Positions 38,302 to 49,789 of a stretch of 64,000 bases of DNA are shown here, in pieces. The translations under genes and the position numbers were made by a program. The notes under the pieces are model-generated. The model made no database searches, was not told the origin of the DNA, and worked only from the letters and a program-made list of their open reading frames with translations. Location: contig ML992510.1 of assembly GCA_010093995.1 (NCBI GenBank), positions 385,504-449,503 of the forward strand, in the 5' to 3' direction. The DNA is from Elsinoe ampelina (lineage: Eukaryota). Each line of letters opens with the position of its first letter. Positions within the stretch are counted from its first letter, which is position 1.

Positions 38302-41300
38302 ATGTTTTCGGGCTCAAATTCCTTCCTGGGTGGAGCCAATTCTGGCCGCCCAGGTCAATCGCCATTCGGTAATCAGCAACAGCAGTATGGCGGCGTTCCG
38401 CCTCAGCAGCAGTTTGGAGGACTTCAACCTCAATATACTGGAATGCCACTGCAGTCGCAAATGACAGGCTATCCCGGTCAGCAACATCAGCAACAGCAAC
38501 AGTATCCACCGCAGCAAATGCCACAGTATACTGGATATCCACCACAGAACCAGATGCAGCAGCAGCCGCCGCAGCCGCCGCAACAGCAGCAACCTTTCCA
38601 GACAGGCTTCTCGAATCCCAGTCCGGCGCCTGCGCAGACGGCCATGAAGACCGGTATGACATCCAAGCAGATGGCCGACTCATTCCGTGGCAACACTTCC
38701 TCGCCTGTGCAGGCTTCGCCCGCTCCTCCGCCAAAGTCGACCAAGATTCCCAGTGTGCGCCTGTCATTCATCACTGCAAGTGATCAACAGAAGTTCGAGG
38801 AGCTCTTCAAATCCGCTGTAGGAAATGAGCAAGCACTGTCGGGGGACAAAGCTAGAGATCTCCTCATGCGGTCGAGGCTTCCGGGTGATGCTCTGGCTCA
38901 GATCTGGTAGGTTACCAATGGACGTGCATAGAGTGGCTCTAACACTTTACCAGGACATTATCCGATACTACAAAGTCCGGTCAGCTTCTCTTCCCTGAAT
39001 TCGCTTTATCAATGTACCTGTGCAATCTCAAGCTGAATGGCAAGGATCTCCCTGCTACCTTGCCAGAAAAAGTTAGGAACGAGGTATCGAGCATGGTGGA
39101 TATCATATCATTCGCCGTACCGGACGAGAACTCTTCTTCGTCTTCAAGGCCGGCTGCACCGCCGAAGCAGGAGACACCATCGAATACCGCGATCTTGTCC
39201 CAGCTGCAGACTCAGCCGACTGGCTTCATGCCACCTCAGCAGACTGGGTTCCAGCCGATGCCGCCTCAGCAGACTGGCTTCATGCAGAATCCGCAGGCCA
39301 GTGGTTACTCAGGACCTCGACCGCCAATGCCTCCGATGCCAACCGGATTTGGCTCACAACCAACGGGTCTCACAGCGCAGCCGACAGGATTTGGAATGGC
39401 TGCTCCTTTGAATGCGCAGCCCACTGGTCGTCCTGGTCAATGGGGTCTTGTCAACGCTCCTACCTCGGGTCTGCCTGGACTGAGAGAGCTGCAGCAACAA
39501 ATGTTGCCACAGCCAGGTCGCGAACAGGGCTTCAGTGCTGCTGGTCTCCGTGGAAATGCGACAGTACCTTGGGCAGTCACAAAGGATGAGAAGAAGATCT
39601 ATGACGAAATGTTCAAGACGTGGGACGGCTTTGGTAAGGGCTTCATTTCTGGCAACCAGGCAATCGAGATCTTCGGTCAGAGTGGTTTGGACAAATCGGA
39701 CCTTGAACGAATCTGGACTCTGTCGGACCCACACAATAAGGGTCGATTAAATCTCGACGAGTTTGCGGTTGCCATGCATTTGATCTACCGACGCCTCAAT
39801 GGATATCCTGTGCCTAATCAACTGCCGGCCGAGCTCGTTCCGCCATCTACGAGAAATCTCAATGACTCGATCGGAACGATGAAGGGACTGTTGTCGCGAG
39901 ATGCTGAACAGCGTAAGAGCTCGGGTGCATTTCTACAGCCACAAAAGACGGGAGTCAGCTACCTGAAGACCCATTCTTTCAGAGGTGACAACAATGCTGG
40001 AGCAGCTGGCGGTAGGAAAGATGCTACGGTGTTTAAGAACAACGACGAATTTGGAGGTTACAGGTCAAGCGCTCGGCGAAGAGTAGGCGGCGACGGCCGA
40101 TCCTCTCCCGTACAGCCAGGGTCACCCTCGTCAGAGACGTCTGCGGATGAACTGTCGGTTGATCAGCTTAAGAAGATCATCAGGGAGAAACAGGTCCTGC
40201 TTGACGCCATGGACTTTGAAGATGAGAATAGCGCCGAGCAAGAAGATGCTCTTGACAGGAAGGATCGCAGAGAGTCGGAAGATCTATTCCGTCGCATTCG
40301 ACGAACGCAAGAGGACATTGATAGCCACCCAAATGCTTCCTTCAGAAGCACAGACTCGGATGCTGAACGGCGGTCCATGCAGCGACAGCTTCGATCTCTG
40401 TCCGACAAGCTGCCTGAGCTTGCATCACACGTGCGAAAGTGCGAGCGCGCCATTTCCGACGCACAGCTGGAGCTCTTCCGTCTCAAGGACGCAAAGGCAA
40501 ATCCGAGCAGCGCTGCTGCGATCGTCGGTACTGGTCCTGGAGGTGAGGTGACCGAGTCTGATCGTCTCAAAGCTCGGGCAAAGACGATGATGCAGCAGCG
40601 TGCTGCGGCGCTTTCTGGCAAGGCGGTGCCCAAAGGGGACGACGGCGCCAGCGCAGCAAAGAGACTCGAAGAGGAGACCCTACGAGTCCGCCGCGAACGT
40701 GAAGATAACGAGCGTATGGTGCGGGAGGTTGAAGAAAGCGTGACAGACTTTTCTAGGACTATTGATGAGAGCTTGAGAGACGGTCAAGAAGACTCTTCAC
40801 GTGAGCATGAGCGTCGCAGATGGGAGGATGGCTTGGGTGTCGAAGACGAGGTCAAAGATTTTATCTACGAGATGCAGCGCAGTAGTAGGAGTGCGCGGCT
40901 TAGAAAAGACGAGTACGTAACCACAACCTGTAGTGCGGAACCTTTTCTAACATCTCACAGTAGCCCGAGATCTCATGAAGCACCTACACCTACCAAGGTA
41001 GAAGAGCCAGCAAGAGCGACAGAAAGTCCTAGACCCGAAGCTCCGCGGCAAGCATCTTCCAGCACTGCCGGCGGGGGTTCCTATTCGTCATACAAGACTC
41101 CTGAAGAGCGCGCTGCTTTCATCAAGGCTCAGGCAGAAGCGCGTATGGCTGAACGACTGGCTGCGCTCGGTCTTCGCGCCCCATCAAAGCCAGGCGAAAC
41201 TCCACAGCAGAGACAGGAGCGTGAGAGGAAAGAGAGGGAAGATCGGCTCCGTCAAGCTGAAGAGGAAGACTCACGTCGCGAGCAGGAGCGTCAGCAAAGA

Positions 41301-42681
41301 CTTGCAGACGAGTCCATTGCACCTCCATCGGGTGCTGCTGGCGCGAAGAAGCCCCCGGCTCCTGCACCACGCCGTCGTGGTGGCTCGATAGAAAAAGTCG
41401 AGAGTGCTCAAGCCGAAGCTGAAACTCAGAGGGCCAACACTCAAATTGCCGAAGGAGCACTGAAAGAGCAGCAGCAGGCTCAGCAGGCGGAGACAAGGGA
41501 GCTTGAGTAAGTTCTGCCAGCTCGTGACGAGGTGCTATGTGACTGACATACTTAACAGGAACGAAGGAGACGAGCTCGAAAGAGAGCGCAATGCTGCTCA
41601 GCAAAAGTTGCGTGACCTGGAGGAGCAAGTCCGCCAGGGTAAGGTAAGGAAAGAGGAAGAGAAGCGGAGGAAGAAGGAGGCACAGAAAGAAGCCAAGGAC
41701 AAGGAGTCACGTCTCGCCGCTCAACGAGCTGAGATTGAAGCGGCAAAGGAACGTGAACGCCAGCTTCGACTTCAGCTGGAGAGCATGGACGATGACGATA
41801 CTTCTTCGGACGAGGACGCTCCTGCTCAGCCAACTCCTGACACGAGCACGCCAACAACCAGTCAGGAGCTGCAACGTGAGGAGACGCCAGTTCCAGCTGT
41901 GACGTCCCCACCGACGGCACCTCCTATGCCTGGCGCATTCGTTACTTCGCCTGCTCCTGGCTCGGTCACGAGTCCAGCTGAAGGTTCCAACAACCCATTT
42001 TTCAAGTCAATGGGCCAACCTGCAGCCCCGTCAGTCACCTCGCCTCAAGCGGCTGGTGACGCCCCGTCGAACAACCCCTTCCATCGCTTGAGCACGAACG
42101 AGCCTGCCAAGACCGCTCCACCAGAGCCGGCCGCCGCGCCAGCTCGAACACGCGCCGCACCCAAGGATGACGATGACTGGTCCGTCGTTGACGACAGCTC
42201 ATCCGACGATGACGAGGACGACGATGACAAGCCTACAGGCGGGTCGGCCAAACAGCTCGCGTCGATCCTGTTCGGTACCATGGCACCACCCCGACCACTC
42301 TCGGCGATGGACTCACCAGCTCCCGGCTCGCCAGCGGGCCTCAAAGGGCCATCGTCACCACCACCGGTTCCTGGCGGCTCTGCTCCTCCACCCCCACCAA
42401 TGCCTGCAGGAGGCGCCCCTCCACCTCCACCCATGCCGTCGAACGGCGCGCCTCCTCCACCTCCCATGCCATCGGGTGGTGCCCCGCCCCCACCTCCCAT
42501 GCCTTCTGGCGATGGACCACCACCTCCACCTCCACCACCAGGTGCGGCTCCAGCCCCCAGGCCGAGTGGGGCCGGCGGTATCAGTGGTTTGTTAGGTGAG
42601 ATTCAGGCTGGGAAAGGGTTGAAGAAGGTGCAGACCAAGGATAGGAGTACGAGTAGTTCTGCCGGGAGGGTGTTGGATTAG
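38302..42681 (+). CDS. PAN1: Actin cytoskeleton-regulatory / endocytic scaffold Pan1 (4 exons)
   Basis: QxTG repeats, two EH domains ([30 protein letters not shown]...[14 protein letters not shown]), coiled coil, NNPF motifs, polyproline tract, WH2-like [17 protein letters not shown]. Introns at ~38908-38953, ~40913-40961, ~41507-41558. Confidence 0.93.
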
Positions 42682-43354
42682 GGGGACGAGGGATTGTAGA
42701 TTTGTGGTAATTAATTCATTTTTGTGTTTGCAGTTTTGGGTCATGCGTTTGTGCTTGTCGTGATTTCTAATGCATGTGGTTGTGCATTGTTACGTCCTTG
42801 TATGAGAGACGCCGAAGCACATCAGACACACGGAGCGTGTTACACGTGATAGGTTGCTTTCGTACACGTCAAGGAAAGAGACTCACCCCTGATTTATTAC
42901 CTATCTAGTGGCGTCGATCTAGATGGCTGTTCGGGCTGACCACCTGGGGGTTGTATCGGTGACGCCTGAGAGCAGCGTGAGCAACCCCAACGGACATATA
43001 ATGATTAATATCAAGTGCAGTGACTATGGTGAATGTCGACAATACCAGTTGTGTTTAGAGTGCGTGCATAATTTGCTAACCTTTTTTCCGATTCAACGTG
43101 CTATTAAAATCCAGCCAATCATGACTTGCCACTCGAATCGGGATGTGGATGCCGGTGGAAAGTCCTCGGGCGACACTAACGTGTGAACCCTCCGTGACTC
43201 CGTGAGCCCTCCATCTTGGTCCCAGGGTACCAAACCATGCGTTTCCATCCGAGACATTGGACGCGGAAGCTTTCTCTCCCTACAAGAATGTGCTGAGGGC
43301 CGACATAGGCACTTTGCCTCTTTCTCCTGCGCTACACCACTGCATACCGCCAAC

Positions 43355-45072
43355 ATGGGTCTCGGTGTGCTCGAAGACCGCAAGCTCGCTCACGTTCCAG
43401 GTCAGTAAACACGGCTGAGCAACCGAACTCACTTTCCTGACGTCTCCGCAGGCACCGCGACTCTCTCCGAACTCGTCTCTGCGGACGCTCCGCTGTCTGG
43501 TATTCCGTCACTCAAGAGAAGCAAGGAGGGTGTGATACTGGTCCCACAACCGAGTGATTCTCGGGATGATCCTCTCAATTGGCCGCTGTGGAGGCGCGAT
43601 CTGATTCTCTCGATCTTGTCGCTTCTCTCGGTCCTCGCCTCTACTCTGTCGCCTCTGCTGGCTGCGAATACACTGACTCTCACCCTGCACTTCCGACGTA
43701 ACTTCACCTTGATTGCACTGTTGACGGGATGGCATCTGCTCGGAGTGGGTCTCGCGGGATTCATCTTCGTTCCCTCGGCTCGAGTATGGGGGAAGCGCCA
43801 TCTTTACATCCTCGGAACTGTGATTATAATCATCTCGAGTGTATGGGGAGGTTTATCGGGCAAGAACTACAAGTCTCTTCTGGCAGCCCGTGTCTTCCAA
43901 GGCGTGGGTCTCGCTCCCTTCGAGGCATTGGTCAATGCCAGTGTTGGAGACCTCTTCTTTGTCCACGAGCGAGGCAAGCGGATGGCATTGAGTAATCTGG
44001 CTCTCTTCGGCGGTGCTTTCTTCACACCTGTTGTGGTCGGCAAGATGACCTCGACTCTCGGCTGGGAATGGACATTCCACTTTATCGCCATCTTCGCCGC
44101 TGTCCTGCTACCACTCCTGATCTTCTTTGTCCCTGAAACTGCATTCCGCCGTGAGGACCGCTTCGAGACAGATCTGCTGGCTGGTGGCGCGACTATCGGG
44201 GAGAAGTCATCTGGAGCCAGCGAAGGTGAAGTCGAGTCTCCGACAGAAGGCAACCGTGGTCCTACGATCCGTCAGACTCTACCCATCTTCAATGGCCGCA
44301 AGACGGACGAGTCCTTCTTCAAGCTGCTACTCCGGCCCTTTCCCTTATTCATCCAGCCTGGCTTCTTGATATCCTGCCTCATTCAAGGAACCATGATCGG
44401 CTGGACGGTGCTCATCGGCGTCGTCCTCGCAGCAATCATGCTTGGACCTCCTCTCTTCTTCAACGAAGTCGAGACAGGCTACATGTACACTGGCGCTTTC
44501 ATCGGCGCTCTCATCGGGTTTGTCATTGCCGGCGTCTTGTCCGACAGCTCCGCCAAATGGATGACCAAGCTCAACAGAGGCACATACGAGCCAGAATTCC
44601 GTCTGGTGCTGGTCCTCCCTCAGCTCATCCTGGGCTGCGCAGGCCTTTACGGCTTCGGCATCACAGCCAACAACACAGTCCGTTACGGCTGGGTGCGTCT
44701 CATCCTTCTTCGCGCGAGGGAGATAGCAAAGCTAACATCCCCCAGTTCTGGCCCGACTTTTTCTTCGCCCTCGAAGTCGCAGGCATGGTCATCGGCGCCG
44801 TGGCTTCTGCTCTCTACCTCGTCGACGCCCATCGAGACCTCGCCGTCGAAGCCTTCACGTGCATGCTCGTCTTCAAAAACTTGTTCAGTTTCGGTCTCAC
44901 CTTTAGAGGCTACGACTGGCTCGTCCAAGGCGGTATCAAGCCGACGTTTGTCGCTGTCGCGAGCGTGCAGGTTGGAGTATGTGCGTTGGCGATACCGTTG
45001 TATATGTTTGGCAAGAAGAACAGGAGTTTTTGGGCTAGGCACGATTTGTTGGGTATGCTGGGATTGAAGTAG
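43355..45072 (+). CDS. Major facilitator superfamily transporter (3 exons)
   Basis: MGLGVLEDRKLAHVPG exon, ILVPQPSDSRDDPLNWP, WGKRHLY, DLFFVHERGKRM, YEPEFRL; many TM helices. Introns at ~43401-43451 and ~44692-44745. Confidence 0.9.
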
Positions 45073-45161
45073 ACGGAATCGTACATGCTAGTTTGTATCA
45101 CACATTTCTCACCCTGCCACCCACCTACCACTCACTCTCCTCCATCTCCAGCCGCATCACT

Positions 45162-46271
45162 TCACCTCCAATCCCTCCCCTCCAGCCCCCGCAATTCCTC
45201 ATCCCTCTCCCCATCCACCCTCACCATCACAGCATGCGACACCTCCACCCCTCCCTTCCCCTCCTCCATCTCCAACCCCGTCCTCTCCTTCGGCCCTACC
45301 ATCGACCCCAACTTCACCTCCGTCCCCCTCCTCCCCGACCCCCCCACCGTCGGCACCGCCCCTTCCACCGTCGTCCGCTGCGTACTCAACAACTTCAACC
45401 CCACCAACACCTTGTGCAACAACACCTTTGCCATGGCCAGATTCGCCGCGCAAATCCCCACGGCCATCTCGATCAACACCCACAGCAACAACGAGAAGCT
45501 CTGCTGCGTGTAACGGGCAAAATCCGTCGGCTCCAAGACAACCGCCAGGCGCACGGTGGAGGCGACACCGCCCACGGAGCCGAGGGCGAGGACGACACAA
45601 GCCGAGATTTTGGTGGGGAGGGGGAGTTGGGCGACCCACAAGGCGGCGATGGCGAGGGCCGTGAGGGTAAAGTCGCCCAGGATGGTCACGAGGGAGAAGA
45701 TGACAAAGGTGGTGGTGGCGGCGGTTTGGATGGCGGAAGGGCAGGTGGTGGCGAAGCCCGGGAGGACTTTGACTTGGGCGCACGTGAAGGTGCCGACGGC
45801 GAGGTAGACGGTGCCGGTGAGGACGGTAATGGCCATTATGGTGTGGATGGTGAGGCGTTGGGGCCGGTGGTGGGTGAAGATGTTGAGCAAGAAGAAGCAG
45901 AGGGAGAGTTTGAGGGTGATAAGGGCGAGAGTGTAGGAGATGGCGGAGAGCTGGAGGACGAGTTTGAATTTGTCGACGAGGTCGAGGGCGCCGGACCAGA
46001 TGTTGTAGGTGATGAACGTGTTGTAGATGGAGAGGGCGTTGTGGAGGAGGGTGAAGAGGAAGGTGAGACCCATGAAGAGGTCTGAGAGGTCAGGGGTTTT
46101 GTGCCGGACGTAGAGCCGGAGGAAAATGGTGAGGGTGATGATGATGGTGAGGGCGATGGTTACGTGGCGGATGTAGAGGATGGAGGCGATTACTTGGGGG
46201 ATGGAGATGGAGGCGGCGTAGCCTGCGGTGGTGGCGCCGGTGGAGCGAGGGAGGAGTGAGTAGAATGCCAT
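45162..46271 (-). CDS. PTH11-like integral membrane protein (rhodopsin-like domain, no CFEM)
   Basis: LRLYVR, LKLSLCFFLLNIF, QLPLPTKISACVVLALGSVGGVASTVRL, LWVLIEMAVGICAANL; seven hydrophobic segments. Start codon uncertain. Confidence 0.8.
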   Translation of the reverse strand: MAFYSLLPRSTGATTAGYAASISIPQVIASILYIRHVTIALTIIITLTIFLRLYVRHKTPDLSDLFMGLTFLFTLLHNALSIYNTFITYNIWSGALDLVDKFKLVLQLSAISYTLALITLKLSLCFFLLNIFTHHRPQRLTIHTIMAITVLTGTVYLAVGTFTCAQVKVLPGFATTCPSAIQTAATTTFVIFSLVTILGDFTLTALAIAALWVAQLPLPTKISACVVLALGSVGGVASTVRLAVVLEPTDFARYTQQSFSLLLWVLIEMAVGICAANLAMAKVLLHKVLVGLKLLSTQRTTVEGAVPTVGGSGRRGTEVKLGSMVGPKERTGLEMEEGKGGVEVSHAVMVRVDGERDEELRGLEGRDWR

Positions 46272-46849
46272 TGTAATTGTTGGCTTGGTAGGGTAGACGC
46301 GGAGGAAGTGACGAAGAGGGTGTGGATAGTTAGCCACCATATGATAGAGCAAAGAGGAGAGGAGCTTACCTTATAACAAGATGCAGCCATGTATTTGGCA
46401 TGCTTGAAGGGACACTGGGGCGGCTCGGCCAGTGGACAGAATAGCTTGGTTATGCTTCATTAATGTCGAAGTTTCTTCAGCGGGTTTGTGGAAGTAAGGG
46501 TCGGCAATTGGTCGAGACTTTGACAAGGATTGAGCCACAAAGAGCTCGGAGAGACATGCCACGCCGACGGGGTGCCATGAACGGGGTGGTGAGATGCGAC
46601 AGTGAAAGCTTCGGTGAACTCCGTGGAATTGTTATTCGAGCTGCAACGACGGGTTGAACGGTTCGTGTTGACAGACGATTGATGACTGAAAGAGCTCTTT
46701 TGGGCGAGTTGCAGGCCCAAAAACTGTTAAAACTTTTGGCAAAACCATTAAAGGTAGTCTTCAGTTCCAGGCCATCCAGACGTTTAATTCATGACGAGAG
46801 AGGCTCAATTTTTGCGTTCCGTCACACTATAATCTGATGATCGAGGCAA

Positions 46850-47476
46850 CTACTTCTCGGCCGAAGTCTGACGTTCCTGCTCACGTTTCCTCTTCACTTC
46901 TTCCCACTCACGATCAATCATACCAAACAAAAACTCATCCCACCAGCGTCCATGCTGAAACCACTGCTCCTTAATCCGCCCCTCAAGTTTATACCCAACC
47001 TTCTCATACAAACGCACGGCACCTTCGTTGTACTCAAAAGTCCCAATCTGGACCTTATGCAGACCTGTCCTACGAAAAGCCCAGTCCGTAATCCAGTAGA
47101 TAGCCTCACTCCCATACCCCTTGCCCTGATACTCGGGCAGCAGCGAGATGCCCAGCCACGCCCGCCTATGGTGGATCATACCCGGATGCTGTGCACCAAG
47201 GTGGACCTGGCCGATGGGGATCAATTCGGGATCTGTCTTGCCAGTCGAAGAGTCTTCTGCCTCTCGCGGAAGACAGATGATGACGCCAATGGTTGCATTT
47301 TCGAGCTTCTCCATTGAACCCATGGCTTGCTTCGTACCGGGGATGATGGCATTCATGGGAGTCGCGCTGAGGTAGCTGTTGCCGTCGCGGCCGAGGCGTT
47401 TGAATAAGTCTAGATCGCCGGGATTGTCTACGGCGCGGTAGATCAGCCGGGCGGATCGATAGGGGTCGGCGGACAT
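46850..47476 (-). CDS. GNAT family (RimJ/RimL-like) acetyltransferase
   Basis: LGISLLPEYQGKGYGSEA, WAFRRTGLHKV, NEGAVRLYEKVGYKLEG. Confidence 0.9.
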   Translation of the reverse strand: MSADPYRSARLIYRAVDNPGDLDLFKRLGRDGNSYLSATPMNAIIPGTKQAMGSMEKLENATIGVIICLPREAEDSSTGKTDPELIPIGQVHLGAQHPGMIHHRRAWLGISLLPEYQGKGYGSEAIYWITDWAFRRTGLHKVQIGTFEYNEGAVRLYEKVGYKLEGRIKEQWFQHGRWWDEFLFGMIDREWEEVKRKREQERQTSAEK

Positions 47477-47628
47477 GTCTTGGATATGTACGAGATGAAG
47501 TCGTTTACGTGATGGGAGCTGGATAAAAGCAGCCGCTTTTCAGGTCGAGTCATCGCGCTTGTTGACCTACCTTCCGCATAGCGCCATCGAATGCGTCCAA
47601 TCGAGTCCGTTGGCTGAACGACTCTTTA

Positions 47629-48717
47629 TTGGTGCATCAATACTTCATGCACTGTCCTGAGACAAAGCGTGAGCATATCGATCGGTCACAACCGATGTTT
47701 ATGAGAGGTGGCAGAGTTCAAGCAGGAATTGTTAAACTTTCCAAGCTCGGGGTCGCACAATGGCCCGAAGAAGAATCAAAATGGGGACCCTGGCTCGGCA
47801 AACAAAGGCTTAGGTTTGGCATGCTCTCTGATCCTGCAAAGCAGGGCTCGCGCAATTCGATCATCTCACAGCTCGTACTCAACAGCGACTCACACTTGTC
47901 TGGTAGCAAGTCTGCCGGCTTGACCGAGACAGAGGTCTTTGGCAATCTCTTCGTCTTCACCGCCGCTGGATTTGACACTACTGCGAATGCTCTACAGTTT
48001 GCCATTGTCTTGCTCGCCATCCACTCCGACCTGCAGGCTTGGCTGTATGAAGAATTCCTCTCTATAATCAGACCGTATGAGAACAATACCGAGGCATCGG
48101 ACGATATAGAATATGCGGCGATCTATCCTCGCGCTATTCGATGTCAGGCATTCCTCATGGAAGTCCTCCGCGTGCATCCGCCTGTCGTCCACTCCATGAG
48201 GATCAACAAGTCAGGCAAGACACAGATGATCAAGACCAGCAAGCACACTATCCATGTACCCATCAACACCACCATCTATACTGACTCCAATTCTGTACAA
48301 ACAGATCCGAAGGTCTGGCGAGGTTTGAATTTACCTAATTTCAATGGACAGACTGGTGTAGACGTCATTGAGACCCCCGAAGACGTCGTGGAACGTACTC
48401 AGGATGAGTACCGCTTCCGACCCGGCCGGTGGGTCATGGATGACAACACACTCTTCAAGCCACCTCCTGGATCGTTCCTTCCTTTCGCTGCAGGACCTCG
48501 CATCTGTCCGGGACAAAAGATGGCTCAGGTCGAGTTTGTGGGTGTGATCATGACGCTGCTCAGGAGATTCAAGATCGTGCCCAACAGTAGACATGGTGAG
48601 ACGGAGATGGAGACCAAGAACAGGATGCAGTCAATCTTGGACGATGTGAGGTCGGAGCTTACTATCGTCATGCAGAGGATGAACGAGCTGGATCTAAGGT
48701 GGGAGCAGAGAGTGTAG
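47629..48717 (+). pseudogene. Cytochrome P450, C-terminal half only (truncated gene or remnant)
   Basis: I-helix AAGFDTTAN, EVLR (ExxR), FRPGRW and heme motif FAAGPRICPG are present. No N-terminal anchor or B-F helices, and only ~150 bp to the divergent GNAT start. Confidence 0.65.
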
Positions 48718-49095
48718 ACATGGCCGCAAATGCATCGAGATCATTCTTGCATTCGGGTGTGCTGTGTGACTGGTGCTCACGTCTCATGCTCAGAATACCT
48801 ATGAAACTACCAATAGAGTGTGTGGGTGCTTCCATGCAGAGGAATTCTCCTCTGAGCCCTGACCCCTGAAACCGGCCCCGCCCCCTAAATCCCCCCTTTT
48901 TTTTGACGGGAACCCCCCCCCTAACCTACCACCTCATTGGATATATGACCTTGTACGTCTGTATTATGAGCTTAGACCCATCCAGCCATTGACAAGTCAT
49001 TAGCTAGTTGATACTAGCAACAGTTTTGTTGTCACTTTTCGACCGATACCTCGATAGCTAGGACTGATACCGAGCAAGAGATGAGCAAAAAGTAT

Positions 49096-49235
49096 TTCCG
49101 TATCGGGGAATCGAACCCCGGTCCTGTCGGATCCTCAACTTCGGATGAAAGCGACCTATTGCTCTCATTAAAGGATGATCAGGGGGTATTAGATAGTGTT
49201 ACACATACAAATGATAACCTCTACACTAATACGGA
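49096..49235 (-). tRNA. tRNA-Glu (anticodon TTC) with a canonical 15-nt intron (49131-49145) and an extra 53-nt GT-AG insert (49156-49208)
   Basis: Minus strand: TCCGTAT TA GTG TAGAGGTTAT CAT T T[53 nt]GTCG CTTTCA[15 nt]C CGACA GGAC CGGGG TTCGATT CCCCG ATACGGA A. Acceptor, T and anticodon stems pair fully after removing both inserts. A and B boxes intact, T5 terminator at 49087-49091, TATA-like run ~30 bp upstream. Confidence 0.9.
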
Positions 49236-49789
49236 AGTTTGTCCAAGACTGCGAGGTGTAAACATATATAATCAATGTAAAATTGTCAGAAAGAATTGCC
49301 AGGTCCAAAGATTTGCTATGCCTTGGCGCCAAGACACATGTGGTCCTTGCGCTGAAGTCGCATAGGTTGCTAGCGGCTTGTACTTCTCCCTTGCTTGTAG
49401 TGACAGATCACTCACAGATTTGGAAACATTTCTGGACTAAACGAGTGTATACAAAGCGACTACAGCAAGCTATTCAAAGAGTGTATGCGTGAGCAATAAG
49501 AGAAATGCCCTCAGATTGTGCTTTGTCCGCTGCAAATCCAGATCCCGTGCGGCTCTTCCCATCAGATTTGTGTAAGCCGGACCCTCATCCTCAGTTACGT
49601 GATATGACTTGGCCAATGTTGGGTGAGACGTCGTTGAGATGATTGACCAGATCCGGCGTGGACCGTCAAGTCGAGGCATCAGCTAATTGGCCCTAGCTAA
49701 GCAGCTGCTACACTTATTGTCGTTAGTGTAGGGCTCGTCGTATTTGTTATAACTGGCAAATCGGATCGAGAGACGTGTGTTTCATTTAG

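Noticed and set aside
42340..42560. Tandem Pro-rich repeats
   Set aside because: Normal polyproline region of Pan1.
45093..46085. 330-aa + strand ORF opposite the PTH11-like gene
   Set aside because: Antisense shadow of a codon-biased gene; low complexity, no domain.
45162..48717. Possible secondary-metabolite cluster (MFS, PTH11-like, GNAT, P450)
   Set aside because: No backbone enzyme (PKS, NRPS, terpene synthase) or cluster regulator, and the P450 is truncated.
48860..48930. C-run cluster including ccctaa-like words (G4 or telomere-like)
   Set aside because: No tandem TTAGGG array; too short and irregular to support a call.
49081..49365. 94-aa ORF overlapping the tRNA
   Set aside because: It is the antisense reading of the tRNA gene. 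The GT-AG insert is on the opposite (tRNA) strand, so it is not an intron of this ORF.
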